A stretch of DNA of 64,000 bases, taken from the NCBI GenBank assembly GCA_001687465.1, contig LVLI01000194.1, positions 1 through 64,000 of the forward strand. The letters are read 5' to 3'. This document shows, one piece after another, positions 20,801 through 32,839 of the stretch. The stretch is from Halocafeteria seosinensis. Lineage: Eukaryota. Below the pieces are notes generated by a model, which ran no database searches, was not told the DNA's origin, and was given only the letters and a program-made list of their open reading frames with translations. A program made the translations under genes and the position numbers. Each line of letters starts with the position of its first letter. Position 1 is the first letter of the stretch.

Positions 20801-21835
20801 CGGCTTAGGCGACTGTCAAAATTGCCAGTGAGCACTCATGAAGAAGCCAAAACTCTGCTGCAGCGAAAGTATTTCGGAGGCCATAACGTAGACTCGTCGT
20901 TTCCCTTGTTCGCTTTCGTTGGGAGGGTTACAGCTCAGAAAGGAGTGCACTTGATTCTAGGAATCGTCGATGACTTAATGGAGAGATATTCTGGAGCGTG
21001 CCAATTCTTGGTAGGAGGTATGGCATCTTCTACTGATTCATATGGTGCCGCTTGTTCACAACAAATGCGAGAACTTCGAGCAAGGCATCCTGGCCGTTTT
21101 TGGGCTGATCCGACAGCGTTCTTTGTGGACGGAGATCTGGTCAATTTAGGCGCCGACTTTTGTCTCATGCCTTCGACATTTGAGCCAGGTGGCATCGTAC
21201 AACAAGAATTTTTCGTCGCGGGAACTCCAGTGATTGCTTTCAAAACTGGTGGACTTAAGGATACGGTTCGGGAGTTCAACCCAGCGACATTGTACGGGAA
21301 TGGTTTCACTTTCGAGAGGCATGCCCACGAAGACTTCGTCATGGCCATTGAACGGGCTATTCAAATTTACCATGAATCTGAACTTTACCAACGTCTTCGG
21401 AGGAACGCTAAGAGCAGTGTTGTGGATGGCCAAACTGTGTCTATAGCGTGGTACAAAGAATTTTGTCGGATTCGTCGTTGCCTTCCGTTCCCTGGGTTTA
21501 CTTCCAAAAGCTCTGTACCCACGGGTCGGCCGCTATCTCAATGCCCTGTCAGAATGCTCTTCCGGTTGGGATTTAACGAAATTGGAGGTTGCCATAGCGG
21601 ATCCGACGTAAGAATCACTGGTACTTGGTCTAATTGGCGCGACCCAAAGCGGCTGCAACCAAACCACGCGAACACCGCGTTCGAACTGCATCTAATGCTG
21701 GAGCCTGGAACACATTGGTACAAATTCCAAGTGGATGGTACTTGGGCGCCATCGTTAGGTGCGCCTCACGAGAAAGATAGCGAGGGTAATGTGAACAACG
21801 TTATCACTGTCGACGCCTACCCAGAATTCTTGTGA
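14826..21835 (+). CDS. Giant alpha-glucan (glycogen/starch) synthase: GH13-like domain + GT5 + C-terminal CBM48/AMPK-beta-type glycogen-binding domain
   Basis: GT5 motifs: PIVFVTPELGKWSTVGGLGVM, VVTNDW, FAFVGRVTAQKG, DFCLMPSTFEPGGIVQQEFFVAGTPVIAFKTGGLKDTV. CBM48: VRITGTWSNW...GTHWYKFQVDGTW...GNVNNVITV. Amylase-like N-half: NPFSLVQRATPNRMLGGELEF, QWEDQVLLNYRKVESWDLL. Probable introns at about 15047-15130 and 15222-15312. Confidence 0.9.
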
Positions 21836-22547
21836 GGGAAGTCGACGAGCCTCCTCCGTTCACGAGACCTCACGAAAGCTTCAGTAGCACTTTGACGCTC
21901 GGGAAAAATGCTCTCATACTTTCGGTTTTCTTTTCTAAAGCTGACTTCTTCTTCTGCGCGAAGCCAGTTTCTTCCACACAGAACTTGGGGCCCAACTCCG
22001 ATTCCAGTAGCTGCTGCAGTGCAGTGCGGGGATGTCAGTTAGAGGCACTGCATCAACTTTCTCAGACCTTTGGGGCAAACACAGATTGAGTATTACACCT
22101 GGATTGTATATACACACTCAGAAGGAAAGAAATTGAAGCAGTAACTACTGTTATAAATCTTTTTTAAACTTAGGGCGTAGTTCATAGCATTTAGGTAGCC
22201 TTTTCGCTTGCATCAGCACCTTTTCGCGTAGAAAAACGCACCACTGAGGTTGTTGAAGGTACGTCGGGAACTGAACTCCTTGGCGAAGCATTACCGTGTT
22301 TAGTTTCACACGACGAAGGTGTGGCTGCAAACTCATGAAAATAAATTCTGAGTTTATCGTGTCTAAGGGTGGGAGGCCCGAATAGGGCGACTTTCTCCAT
22401 GTATCAAAGGGAGCTGGTTTTATAGTCGTTCCGCGGAGTACACGTCACTCTCCGCGAAGTGCACTGCCGCAACTTTTCAGCGTTAGCAGGTATCATTGCC
22501 TCTTCCTCGCAGGTTTATATCGAATTCTCTGGATAGAGTAATAGAAA

Positions 22548-24017
22548 ATGAGTCACCCCTCAGCTGCTGGAGCGCTCGAGCTCGAGGACTGGAACGTGGG
22601 TCAAATTAAGGAGTCTCTCGAAGTTAGCAACCGCCTGGAGAGGAGCTTCAAGGTCCTGGAAGCGACGAACACGTTTCCGCATGGAAGCAACCCCGATTCT
22701 TCGATATTGAATTCAGCTGATTGGGAAGAGGAAAGGAACAGCTTTAGCGATCCTGATTGCTCGGTGAACGGGGAGCCATGTAAGCAAGCTGCCGATAGGG
22801 ATGTGGTGGATGTGTCCAAACGGAAGTTGACTAAGCCTCTACCCAAAGGGGTAGACTGTAGCGATAGATTCTTTAATGAATTAGAGTGGAATAGCCGAGT
22901 CCGGGCTGTGCAGCAAGAAATGGTTAATGATGGAATTGATCTACTCGTGGTTACCGTACCGGGAAATATCTTCTGGCTCTCCGGATTCCAAACCACGGGA
23001 TACTACTACTTCCAAACGATAGTGATTCCAGCATATGAAGAGCCATTTATGATGGTACGGAATATGGAAGGGACAGGAGTACAAGCCAGGACTGTAATGG
23101 ATGTGTGCTACACATTTCAAGATACCGAAGATCCCATCGACACGCTCGTGGAATTGATTGACAACACCGTCGAGGCAAAGAATGTCATTGGATTCGAAGA
23201 AGATTCTTATTTCTTCCCGTCGAAACAACAAAGACAATTCAAGTGTGCTTTGAGCGATAAGAAATTTGTAGATTGCTCGGGTGTGATCGAACGATGCCGA
23301 AAGACTAAATCACCCGCAGAAGTAGAAGTGATGAAATTAGCCGCTAAGGCAACCCAAGCAGGAATGGAAGCGGGACACAATGCAATCAAAGTTGGAAACA
23401 CAGAAAACGATATCGCCTCAGAAATCTATCGAGCAGCATTTGCAGCGGGAGGTGAATATCCAGCATGTCCAAGTTTTGTAGCTTCCGGGCCTCGAGGATA
23501 CATCGGTCATGCGACCTGGGAGGGACGCGAACTACGAGAAGGTGATACGGTGTTTTTAGAGATAGGTGGGTGTAAATACCGGTATCATACAGCAATGATG
23601 CGAACAGCTTATATCGGTTGGGAAATTCCTGCCAAACTAAAGGAGTTTGAGAGAATCTTCGATCATTGTTTAACCGAATGTATGAGGGCAATGCGTCCTG
23701 GCGTTCGTGTTTGCGACATTGATCGTCTCTCGAAGGAGATTATCAATGATAATAGTTATGGTATAGTTAATCGAAATCGGTTTGGGTATTCCTTAGGTGT
23801 AGCATTTTCTCCGGGTTGGGGAGAGGAGACAGTGATGTCGTTGGATGGAAACAACGAGACTTTGTTAGAGGCTGGAATGTGTTTCCATTTGATTCCGTTT
23901 GTGATGTTAGATGAAGGAACTGTGGGTATTTCTGAGACTGTACGTGTGACTCCCGAAGGAGCCGTGTCATTTTTCGATTACCCTCGTCAGATCAAACTGA
24001 TACACCCGGACGAGTAG
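22548..24017 (+). CDS. M24 pita-bread-fold hydrolase, creatinase/ectoine hydrolase (DoeA/EutD)-like, copy 1, intronless
   Basis: Creatinase_N-like FFNELEWNSRVRAVQQEMVNDGIDLLVVTVPGNIFWLSG. C-domain: KSPAEVEVMK, GGEYPACPSFVASGPRGYIGHATW, FLEIGGCKYRYHTAMMRT, GYSLG, GISETVRVT. Confidence 0.85.
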   Translation: MSHPSAAGALELEDWNVGQIKESLEVSNRLERSFKVLEATNTFPHGSNPDSSILNSADWEEERNSFSDPDCSVNGEPCKQAADRDVVDVSKRKLTKPLPKGVDCSDRFFNELEWNSRVRAVQQEMVNDGIDLLVVTVPGNIFWLSGFQTTGYYYFQTIVIPAYEEPFMMVRNMEGTGVQARTVMDVCYTFQDTEDPIDTLVELIDNTVEAKNVIGFEEDSYFFPSKQQRQFKCALSDKKFVDCSGVIERCRKTKSPAEVEVMKLAAKATQAGMEAGHNAIKVGNTENDIASEIYRAAFAAGGEYPACPSFVASGPRGYIGHATWEGRELREGDTVFLEIGGCKYRYHTAMMRTAYIGWEIPAKLKEFERIFDHCLTECMRAMRPGVRVCDIDRLSKEIINDNSYGIVNRNRFGYSLGVAFSPGWGEETVMSLDGNNETLLEAGMCFHLIPFVMLDEGTVGISETVRVTPEGAVSFFDYPRQIKLIHPDE

Positions 24018-24634
24018 AGTCCTCAGTGTGTTCTGGTGGTTTTATCTGAATATCTGTGTTGCACGGGGATCTATCACATGTATTCTATGGAATTTTGTTG
24101 TGCCGTGAAGCTCAAGTTCTCTTTAGCTGCTCCACTGGCTCTATCTGGCTGTCAGGGTACACTAGTGACTAGTCAATGCTTCGCTTCGGTGGAAGCCGGA
24201 GCTGTGGAAAATACAATTACCCGATTGTTTGCTTAAAGATCCTTGAATATGTTCCTTCTTTTATGAGTATACGCTATCCTTTCTTCCATTCTTCTAGATA
24301 CCGCTTTCGAATGACGTTCCATACCTCGTGACGGATATTCCGCGAGAGAAACCGCGGAGATTAACGGAAAACACCCACGCTTATGGGGGCTAGAAAAGCA
24401 CAACTACAGTGGTTTGTCAGGGCACGTTTTTACAAGAACGTGGAGAAAAATAAAAGTAGAATCTGAATTTGCCAGCAGGCGTTCATTTTGCTCGCGATTT
24501 TAGTATAATACAGGCTTCAAAGTCCCCACTTGAAGCAGCGAGAAGGCACCACTTTTGAGGACAAAAAGAGGTTCTCTTCAGAGCTTTATAGACTATATTT
24601 TACAGTTTCAAGCACACCATTTAATAGATAAAAA

Positions 24635-26322
24635 ATGGCTGCGGCTTCTGACGAGACCCCGTTCTTGCGGATGCCCTCCTCGGCATCTGAACATGTCGAT
24701 ACCTTCAAAGAAGAGGAGGTGGAACTGTGCAATGAAAGTAATGCGCTCACTTATTGCATTCAGGGAGCAAGCGTCAAGGAAGATTTCGACCCCATTCCCG
24801 ATTTTGCCTTAGCGAATGAGACGTTCCCCGTGGGAAGCAATCCCAATGAACTTGGGCTCCCACGTCTGGCCGATCCACCCCGGCTCGAAGAAACACAGGC
24901 TTCCATTGCGGAAGAACCGAAAGAAGATAAAGAATCCGTTAAGGCTGTTGGGGCGCCTTCCCCCGTGATTCGGAAAATGACCAAAGCACTTCCCGATGGT
25001 GTAGCTTCTGCGAATCGCTTCTTCTCTGATAAAGAGTGGGCTGACAGAATCAAAATGGTGCAGCAACAGATGAAAAAGGATGACTTGGACTTGATCATTG
25101 TCACGAGCCCAGCCAACATTTTCTGGATGAGTGGGTATGTTTCATGATGGATACGTATATTCTCCACTTTGATTCAATCCTTTCACCCTGCGAACTGTGT
25201 GTATGAATTTGCTGGCAGATTCCACACCACTGGGTACTATTTTTTCCAGTGCATGGTCGTCTCCGCTACCGAAGAGCCATTTGCGATGGTCCGTAACATG
25301 GAAGGTACTGGCGTACAAGCACGTACTTGTCTCGAACACTGCTACGTATTTGACGATACTGAAGACCCCATCGCAACGTTAGTTGAATTGATAGATAAGA
25401 AAGTCGGAACCAAGAAGGTCATCGGGTATGAAGAGGACTCTTACTTTTTCCCGGCGAAGCAACAACGCCAGTTTACCAAAGCAATTAAAGGAGTCAAGTT
25501 TGAGGACTGCTCCGGATTGGTGGAAAAATGCCGCCGTAGTAAGTCTCTGGCTGAGATTGAAGTGATGAAATTAGCTGGTAAAGCAACTGAGGCCGCCATG
25601 GATGCCGGAATGAAGAGTATAGCTGTAGGGAAAACCGAAAACGATGTAGCTGCAGAAGTGTACCGAGCAGCATATGCAGCGGGCGGAGAGTACCCTGCGT
25701 GTCCTAGTTTTATCGCTTCGGGGCCTCGTGGATACATAGGCCACGCAACTTGGGAAGGACGCGAGTTGAGAGAAGGAGACACTGTCTTTCTCGAAATCGG
25801 TGGCTGCAAGTATCGCTACCATACGGCTATGATGCGTACCGCATATATTGGCTGGGAAGTTCCAACTAAGCTGAAAGAGATGGAGAAAATCTTCGACAGA
25901 TGCTTGACTGAATGCATGAAGGCAATGAAGCCTGGAGTTCCCATCAAAGACATTGATAAGCTTTCCAAAGACATTATTAACAACAACAACTACGGTATTT
26001 GCACCAAGAATCGCTTTGGATATTCTCTCGGTGTGGCATTCTCTCCAGGTTGGGGGTAAGTCTAGGCATACCAAGCGTTTCGTGAAAGATCAGGGTGTAT
26101 ATTTAGTTGTGTCGTGTATTGACCTACAGAGAAGAAGGGGTACTTAGTCTGCAAGGAGACAACGAAGAGTTGTTGGAAGAAAACATGTGCTTCCACTTGA
26201 TTCCATTTGTGATGCTCGACGAAGGCACTATCGGAATATCTGAGACTGTGCGTGTTACTCCTGACGGAGCCGTGTCATTCTACAACTGTCCTCGGGAGAT
26301 CCGCCTGATCAAACCCGAATAA
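24635..26322 (+). CDS. M24 creatinase/ectoine hydrolase-like, copy 2 (introns 25135-25218 and 26056-26129)
   Basis: Catalytic domain nearly identical to copy 1. Removing two GT-AG introns restores SGFHTTGYY and GWGEEGVLSL, collinear with copy 1. Confidence 0.85.
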
Positions 26323-26778
26323 ACAGACTTCGTACGGTAAGTGGTTTGGTTAGAACCCGTGGTTGTTGATAGGACAGACTAGGTCACCTAGGTCCTAGTC
26401 TAGGTGCCAGGCCAGCAAATAACAGAGAACCAAGCAATAATTATTACACTACTACATTAATTGACAGTACTCGTGTTTAGTCATGTTCTTCCGAGCATTC
26501 AGCTTATGTGTCGGCTGGCTCAGGCTGCTCTGTTTGTCCGACTCTGTCGGATGTACCTTCACATCCAAAGAGTTTCAATTGACCATAGCACACGTGTGTT
26601 TTTGTCCATTTTCCATACATCACATTAGAGTACATCTGTATTCCCTGATTACCAACTAGCATAGTCAATATATGGTAGTAGTAGGGTGGTAGACTACAAA
26701 GGTGAATGGGAAGTCTGCCCCACCATGGAGCCAAGGCCGCCGAACGAACGTTAAGTCAAATATCAACGAAAACAGCGA

Positions 26779-29700
26779 TATGGAAGAGCGCAGCGGCTCG
26801 GCAGCTTCACTCCTTTCGGATGATTCCTTTGCACGCTTAAGCCCCAGCAGGGAAGGAGGAAGAGGTTATACTCGAGGATACACAGGAGCTGCTTCGTCCT
26901 ACTATGGTGCTGCGACGTCAGCGTCGTCGCCGCTGCGCTATACGCAGTCGACTATGCTGTCTTCGGTATCCCCATCTCACTCAGTGCCATCCTCCAGGTC
27001 GCCTCAGCGTCTGCAGCAACTTGTTACGTCACAACAGGTGAGTTATGTCTGAGGAACTCTCCCCGGGATTCAAAAATTACGCTTCGAGTTTCCGCAGAAG
27101 CGTATCAATTCTCTGGAGCAAGAAAACAAGGAGCTGGAAAAGCAACTAGAGGAAAGTGTTCAACTGAATGAACAGATGGGTGAACAGGTACGCTAAAAAG
27201 ATGCTCTCTTGCTGGATATGTACGTGTTCTTGAAGTATCGTTTGATTACTTCATCTACAGATTCAAAAACAGTACTCGACACGTGATACCTTGAACTCGA
27301 AACTCAAAAAGTCCGAGGAAGAGAATAAGCGTCTGCAACATGAACTAGATAGATTAAAACAAAATTATGAATTGGAACAGGTAAAGTTTTCCTGGACTCT
27401 TGCGAAAGTCTCGTACCGAGTTAAGGCGGACGCTCAACTGGTATGCAGGAAGCTGCCGAGAAACGAAAGGCTACGCTGGAAGAAGACTATAAGTACAAAC
27501 TTGATCGTGCAAGGGAAGAACAAGAAACTTTACGAAAGGAGCTAAACGATAACAAGACGGAGCTAGAAAAAAGCCAGGAGGAGCTCCACACTCTCAAGGG
27601 TCAGTATAGTGCATTGCAAACGCAATATGGGGATACAGCTTCGAAGGCACAGCAGGCAGAAGAAGCTCTCAACCGGATTCACAAGGAGAAGGAGGAACTG
27701 GATACGCGGTTGAAACAGACGAGAACTGAGTTGGAGGAACGGTCGAGATTGCTCCAAGAACAACGCGACCAGTACAATGACGAAAAATCCTCGTGGGAAA
27801 GCTCTATGAAGTCGCTACAGGAAAACAAAGAAGAAACTGAGTCCAAAGTAGAAGAGCTGCGGAGAGATTTGAAAGAAAAAAATGAGCGTCTTCAACATCT
27901 TCAGAAAACTGAAGAAACATATGGAAACGAAGCCAACACGCTGAATCAACAAGTACAAACTCTTAATGCCGAGATATCGGCATATCAAGAAGAGTTGTCG
28001 AAAGCCAGGTCTAAGAACTCAACCTTGGAAACTGACCTAAATTACTGGAAGAAATCCTCAACAAACCTAGAAAATGAGCTGAAGCAGCTGCGCGAGAGAA
28101 TGCTCCAGTATCAGGATGCCCATAAAGAACTGGAAGTGGTGAAGGGTGAGAATGAGGATCTAAGAGAACAATGTTCCACATTAGCGTTAGCAAGAGAACA
28201 ACACGAACGGAGGGAGTCATGGTTTTTCCGGGAACACGACCGGTTAAACATGCAACTTGAGGATGTGCGGGCCTCTCTCGTCAACAAGTCGAAAGATATT
28301 AGTGGTGCGATACAGCGATTCGGCTTTCCCGGGGATTCTGACACGCGTCACTATGTTGGGCAGGCACTCTTGCGCTTATTGTACTCTTTCCGAGCCGGAT
28401 TTCACGCTCATTTAGCATCTTGTGAAGTTACATGCCGATCTCAGCAAAGTAGAAACTATTATCGTGACACAGTCAACTCTGGAACATTCTCCAAGGCCTA
28501 CGGAGAACGGCTCACATTGGAATCGTTAGCAGACTCACCTTCCTTTAAGGAGAAGCAGAATAAGGAATCAGGAAGGCCCCAAAGTACCGAGACTATAGAC
28601 GGTATTTTAATTGAGTGTCATCAAAGGTTGGCAGTCTTATGCCGGCGGATGTCGCGTGCATCTTGTCTGGTTTCCGTAAAAAATGTGGAAAGAGGTGGAA
28701 GCGATGGACAGTCAAGCATTCCATTAAGTCTTTTTAGCTTCATCGATTCGGCTACTACCGAGGCACACCAACTCGCTATGAGCACTCTGCAATGGGCATA
28801 TTCGACAAATAGTCTTCCAGCTGACGAAACATGGCTGTCGGAATACACGTTAGCCCACGTTACGCAAGCGTCCACGAAATTCGCCGAAGAGTGCGCTGGG
28901 GAGGTAGGACGTTTTTGCCGCGTGGCAGCAAATATGAATGTCTCAAATGCGACGAACTTTGAAGATTTCTGTAAAGCAGTTGCCAAATTGAGGAGTTGTG
29001 GTGTTAACAGAGAGTTCTTGTTCAACTGTTTAAACGATTTCCCATGTACTGGCGATATGGACTCTCGGAAGCTGCTAGAGAGCTCAAACGTGCTCCGGCA
29101 GCGCGCTCGAATTGAAATGATAAATATTTTTTGCAATTCTACGGATAGCTTAGAGCAACAGATGAAACAGCGTTTAAATAAGAACTACTGGGTGGACTTT
29201 GCTAGGGAGGACCTTCAGAATTTAAGGCAAATATTACTCAACAATGCCAGCGCAGAGAATAAAAGCGATTCCAGCTCTCAAAGCAACGAAGAATTCCTCG
29301 CCGCTACGATCGATATGTTCGGAATGAATATAGAAAATAGCAAGTTCCCCAAAGATGGAAATCAGATTCCTCCGAAGGCAATGCAGCAGCTTTGGTATAA
29401 ACCTGTTTTGGGGGTCCTTACCCATATCTCCGAAGACTGGGTAGGCAACAGTAGTGGTAACTATCGATCGCTTGGTCAGTCCTTTGATGTCGAGGAGTGT
29501 TTGACATTTTGCGACTTTCTAGAACAGGAGTTGCGGGCAGAGAATTCTCCCCATGATGTTTCAAAGAAAGGGGAATCCGAGCGCCTGTCTATAGCGCTTC
29601 AGCACTCCATTCTGGAGTACTGCCGCTGCTTGCTCTCTCTCGTCAGTTCAATGGGGTGTATATCCATTCCGTACAATATCTGGATCAGTCGATGTCTACA

Positions 29701-31606
29701 CAATCTCATGTGCTCTTTTTCTGAAACCGACCGCCTTCGACACACTTCGGTTCTCCGCGACAATGACCAATTTTCTGCTCGTCTCGGCAGTACGGTCAAG
29801 GCAAATGGAATTACCTCTCACTCACTAGCAAGGTTGGTTCAACATGCTCCGGAAGAGCTACACTCAATCCTCAGCATATTAAGAGAGCAAAAACAGTTGG
29901 TGGAAGAAAAGCAAGATGTGCTGGCAGCCGTCGGAGTGGACGTCAACGTGGATGCAACAATGTCTGCAGATCTCCAAAGGATGAAAGATTCTGAACAATC
30001 GCTTGTAGGATGGTTAAGCTTTCCTAGAAGTGCCATTATCGCCGATCCTCCAAGCTCGTTTTCCAAACTCGTTCAAGTGAGTGTTTCAGTGGATCGGTTT
30101 GCATTTGAGGAGCGTGTGAAATGCAAGAATGAGCAATATGTACCGCTCCCTCAGCCTGGCCACTCGAGAATATCCAGTCTGCAAGAAGTAACATCATCTG
30201 AAGCAAGGAACCAACTTCACGCTTTGTTTGGAAACGGTGTTCATCACTCTGCTGATCCTGAACAAGATGTTGCGACGAAAATTAATGTGGCGTCGTTGAC
30301 AACGCTGCTGTGTTTGCATTTACTTTTGGGTGCGTCAGTTGAGGAAAGTATCTTGGCAGCTCATCCGAAAACACCGTCACGCCACAAGAGCAGTCACACG
30401 AAAGATACCGTTGCCCCCGTTAAACGCCTTGAAGAAATAGCGAAGATGAAGCTTTGGAACTGTTTTGAAGATTTTTTGTCAATCATGAATCGATGCAACA
30501 GTGGAATGTCACACTTGTGTTCCCATTCTCTCCAGCGAGGTGTGATTGAAAGCGGCTGTTTCTCACGTTTACAGACGTTCTCGAAGACTCCTCGAAAGGC
30601 AGCTTCTCTTAAAGACATGCTACTTCCGACAACTTCTTTCACCCTGCGCGCGTTGTATTTGTTAACAACTAGTGTATACTCCCACAGGGATGTGGAAATC
30701 TTTCATGTCCTGTCGAGATTAAGGTTGTCTAATAGGACGCAACGTACCAGTGCCAGACCGGAAATCAAAGAAAAAACGAGCTATCGTGCAGCGACTTCTA
30801 CAGGGGCCGCCACGGATCTAATGATGGAGTTGGAGGATGCATTGGAATTGAGCAGTATTCCTGAATATCCAGATGATGATACTGACGATTCCCCTGTCTT
30901 CGAGTTAAGCCCGGAAACAGTTCGCACTCCGTTCCAAGAGTTAAAGACACCGGATACCAAGACTCAGCGTACACCTTACAATTCTCCGGATATGCCCTTG
31001 TCGGGTTCCTTTTCTATAACTCCGTTAGCTGACCGTGTACTGCAGACTTTGAACGAACCCACTTCCCGTCCATACGAGAGTCCTTCCCGTCACTACGAGA
31101 GTTCTTCCCATCAATACGAGAGTCCTTCCCGTCAAGTCGAGAGTCCTTATCATTTTGGAACAGGAAGACTAAGAAGTTCGGCAGAGGCCTCTCCAAGTCG
31201 CTCAACTACGTCGAACGACAATCACCACTTGAACGCGTCTTTAAGCGAATCGCAGGTGGAGCAGCTCAATCAGCGAGCATTCCAATCCCCCAATTCGGAA
31301 GTCCGAAAGGTACTATCCAAACTGCAAGAGGTTCGAAGTAACTTTAAATCGATGCTTCACCAACTCGACAACAATGTCTCCTCGTCTTCCAACATTCGCC
31401 GTGGGAACTTAGATGTTGTACGGTCTTCAGTTGAGACAGCGACGAAAAAACTAGAAACTGCGGAACAGGCGAAGAGAACATATGAACAAGCCGAGTATCC
31501 CAAGTCAATTAATGCCGCAGGGTCATTTATCGTCTCCGTGTACGGGGCCGAAGCCGCCGTCTCCGCTTTACAACGCGTTCTCAATTCGTTGTACCGAGAA
31601 CGCTAA
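26779..31606 (+). CDS. Large hypothetical protein with N-terminal coiled coil
   Basis: Short spliced 5' exons (26779-27038 and following) precede a 1387-aa ORF with a long E/K/Q/L heptad region. No family recognised. Confidence 0.7.
31062..31150 (+). repeat. Four imperfect 21-nt tandem repeats encoding SRPYESP/SRHYESS/SHQYESP/SRQVESP
   Basis: The unit ttcccgtcnatacgagagtcc repeats with a 21-nt period. Confidence 0.8.
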
Positions 31607-31859
31607 CTTTCTTGACAGATACATCCAATAGGAACTGGTAGTTGTGTAACACACCACAGTGGTACTCATGAGGACAATGAATTTAGTAGAACTCCTACTC
31701 ATGCTGTTCCCATGAAAAATTACGGCGAACAAAATTTAATGTCCCACACTAAACACACCAGTCACAATTCCCGATTTCCGCTTCGCTTCGCTGCTAATGG
31801 CCCCAAGTTGAAGTTACATACATGATTGGTTTGTTAGATATAGAAGGCTGAATCGTACG

Positions 31860-32815
31860 ATGTCATCGCCCGCGGACGAACAGGACGGCGGGGAAGGCTC
31901 GTCCCTGCAGAAAGGGACGGGAACGGAGTTCACTGAGTTCGCGTTCATGCTGGTTGTAGTGTATGCGAGCTCACTGGCTTCCTTCGTTGTAGGCTTAATG
32001 TGGATTCATTACCTTCATAGGAATGGCCCCGAGCATAAGATGATCCAAATGGGGATCACATGGATGCGCATTACCGGCTGGTTGCTCCTGGTATGCCACA
32101 TTGTCTTATTTGCGCTGGAAGTGGATCGGCAGCGAAGTGTGGAATTCCCCCATTTTGGACTTGTAGGGGTATTTATCTTAATCATCTACGCCGGGCTCAT
32201 TTTTTTTACCAACTCCCATAAGTGCTTTCGCTGGCAGGTGCGTTGGTTCATTGTCGCTCAATCTGTGTGTTTACTTGCATTCATTCATCTCACAGGTAGT
32301 TATTGGACACATGGTATTTGTTATATTTGAAACATTTCATTTAGGTGAAATCGATTTACGGCTTAGGTGCCGACTAGAACACGAATGCAAAACAAACGAG
32401 TTCTGGACACTCTCCCAGCTTAGAATATTGTGGCCCCGAGGCTTTGCGGCGGTATTCCTGGAGATATGGGCCGTTCTCATTGCTTCCTACCTCGGAGCAG
32501 CTCTAGGATGGATCCGCTATAGGTACGCACCTCGGCTGTTTTCCACCTCCCAGCCTCCGAATGAGCTCCCTCCTGATGCTCTGAGACGTGGTAGTAAGTC
32601 ATAGTACCACCTACAAGGTTGTCGCCTACGTAGAGAAGCTTATGTGCACGTATATGAAACTCTCAGGGCATCAACGACCAGTTCGTCGGAACGCCACTTC
32701 CAAAAGACAGTATCAGAATGGTGATGATTCTGCGGTGAATTCGGGCGTCGTAACAGAGCAGAACGATGTCGAAGAGCGTGCCAGTCTTTTGGGTGCCAGC
32801 CATGGACAAAGTTAA
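31860..32815 (+). CDS. Hypothetical multi-pass membrane protein
   Basis: Several hydrophobic helices lie in ORFs 31860-32330 and 32251-32604. Probable GT-AG introns join them to a terminal exon ending ...ERASLLGASHGQS. Confidence 0.6.
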
Positions 32816-32839
32816 TGCAATAAGATCCCAAGCCATGTG

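Noticed and set aside
21900..22400. Short minus-strand ORFs between the glucan synthase and M24 copy 1
   Set aside because: No recognisable motifs or convincing splice model.
26377..26406. CTAGG-rich palindromic patch downstream of M24 copy 2
   Set aside because: Too short to distinguish from chance or a simple slippage repeat.
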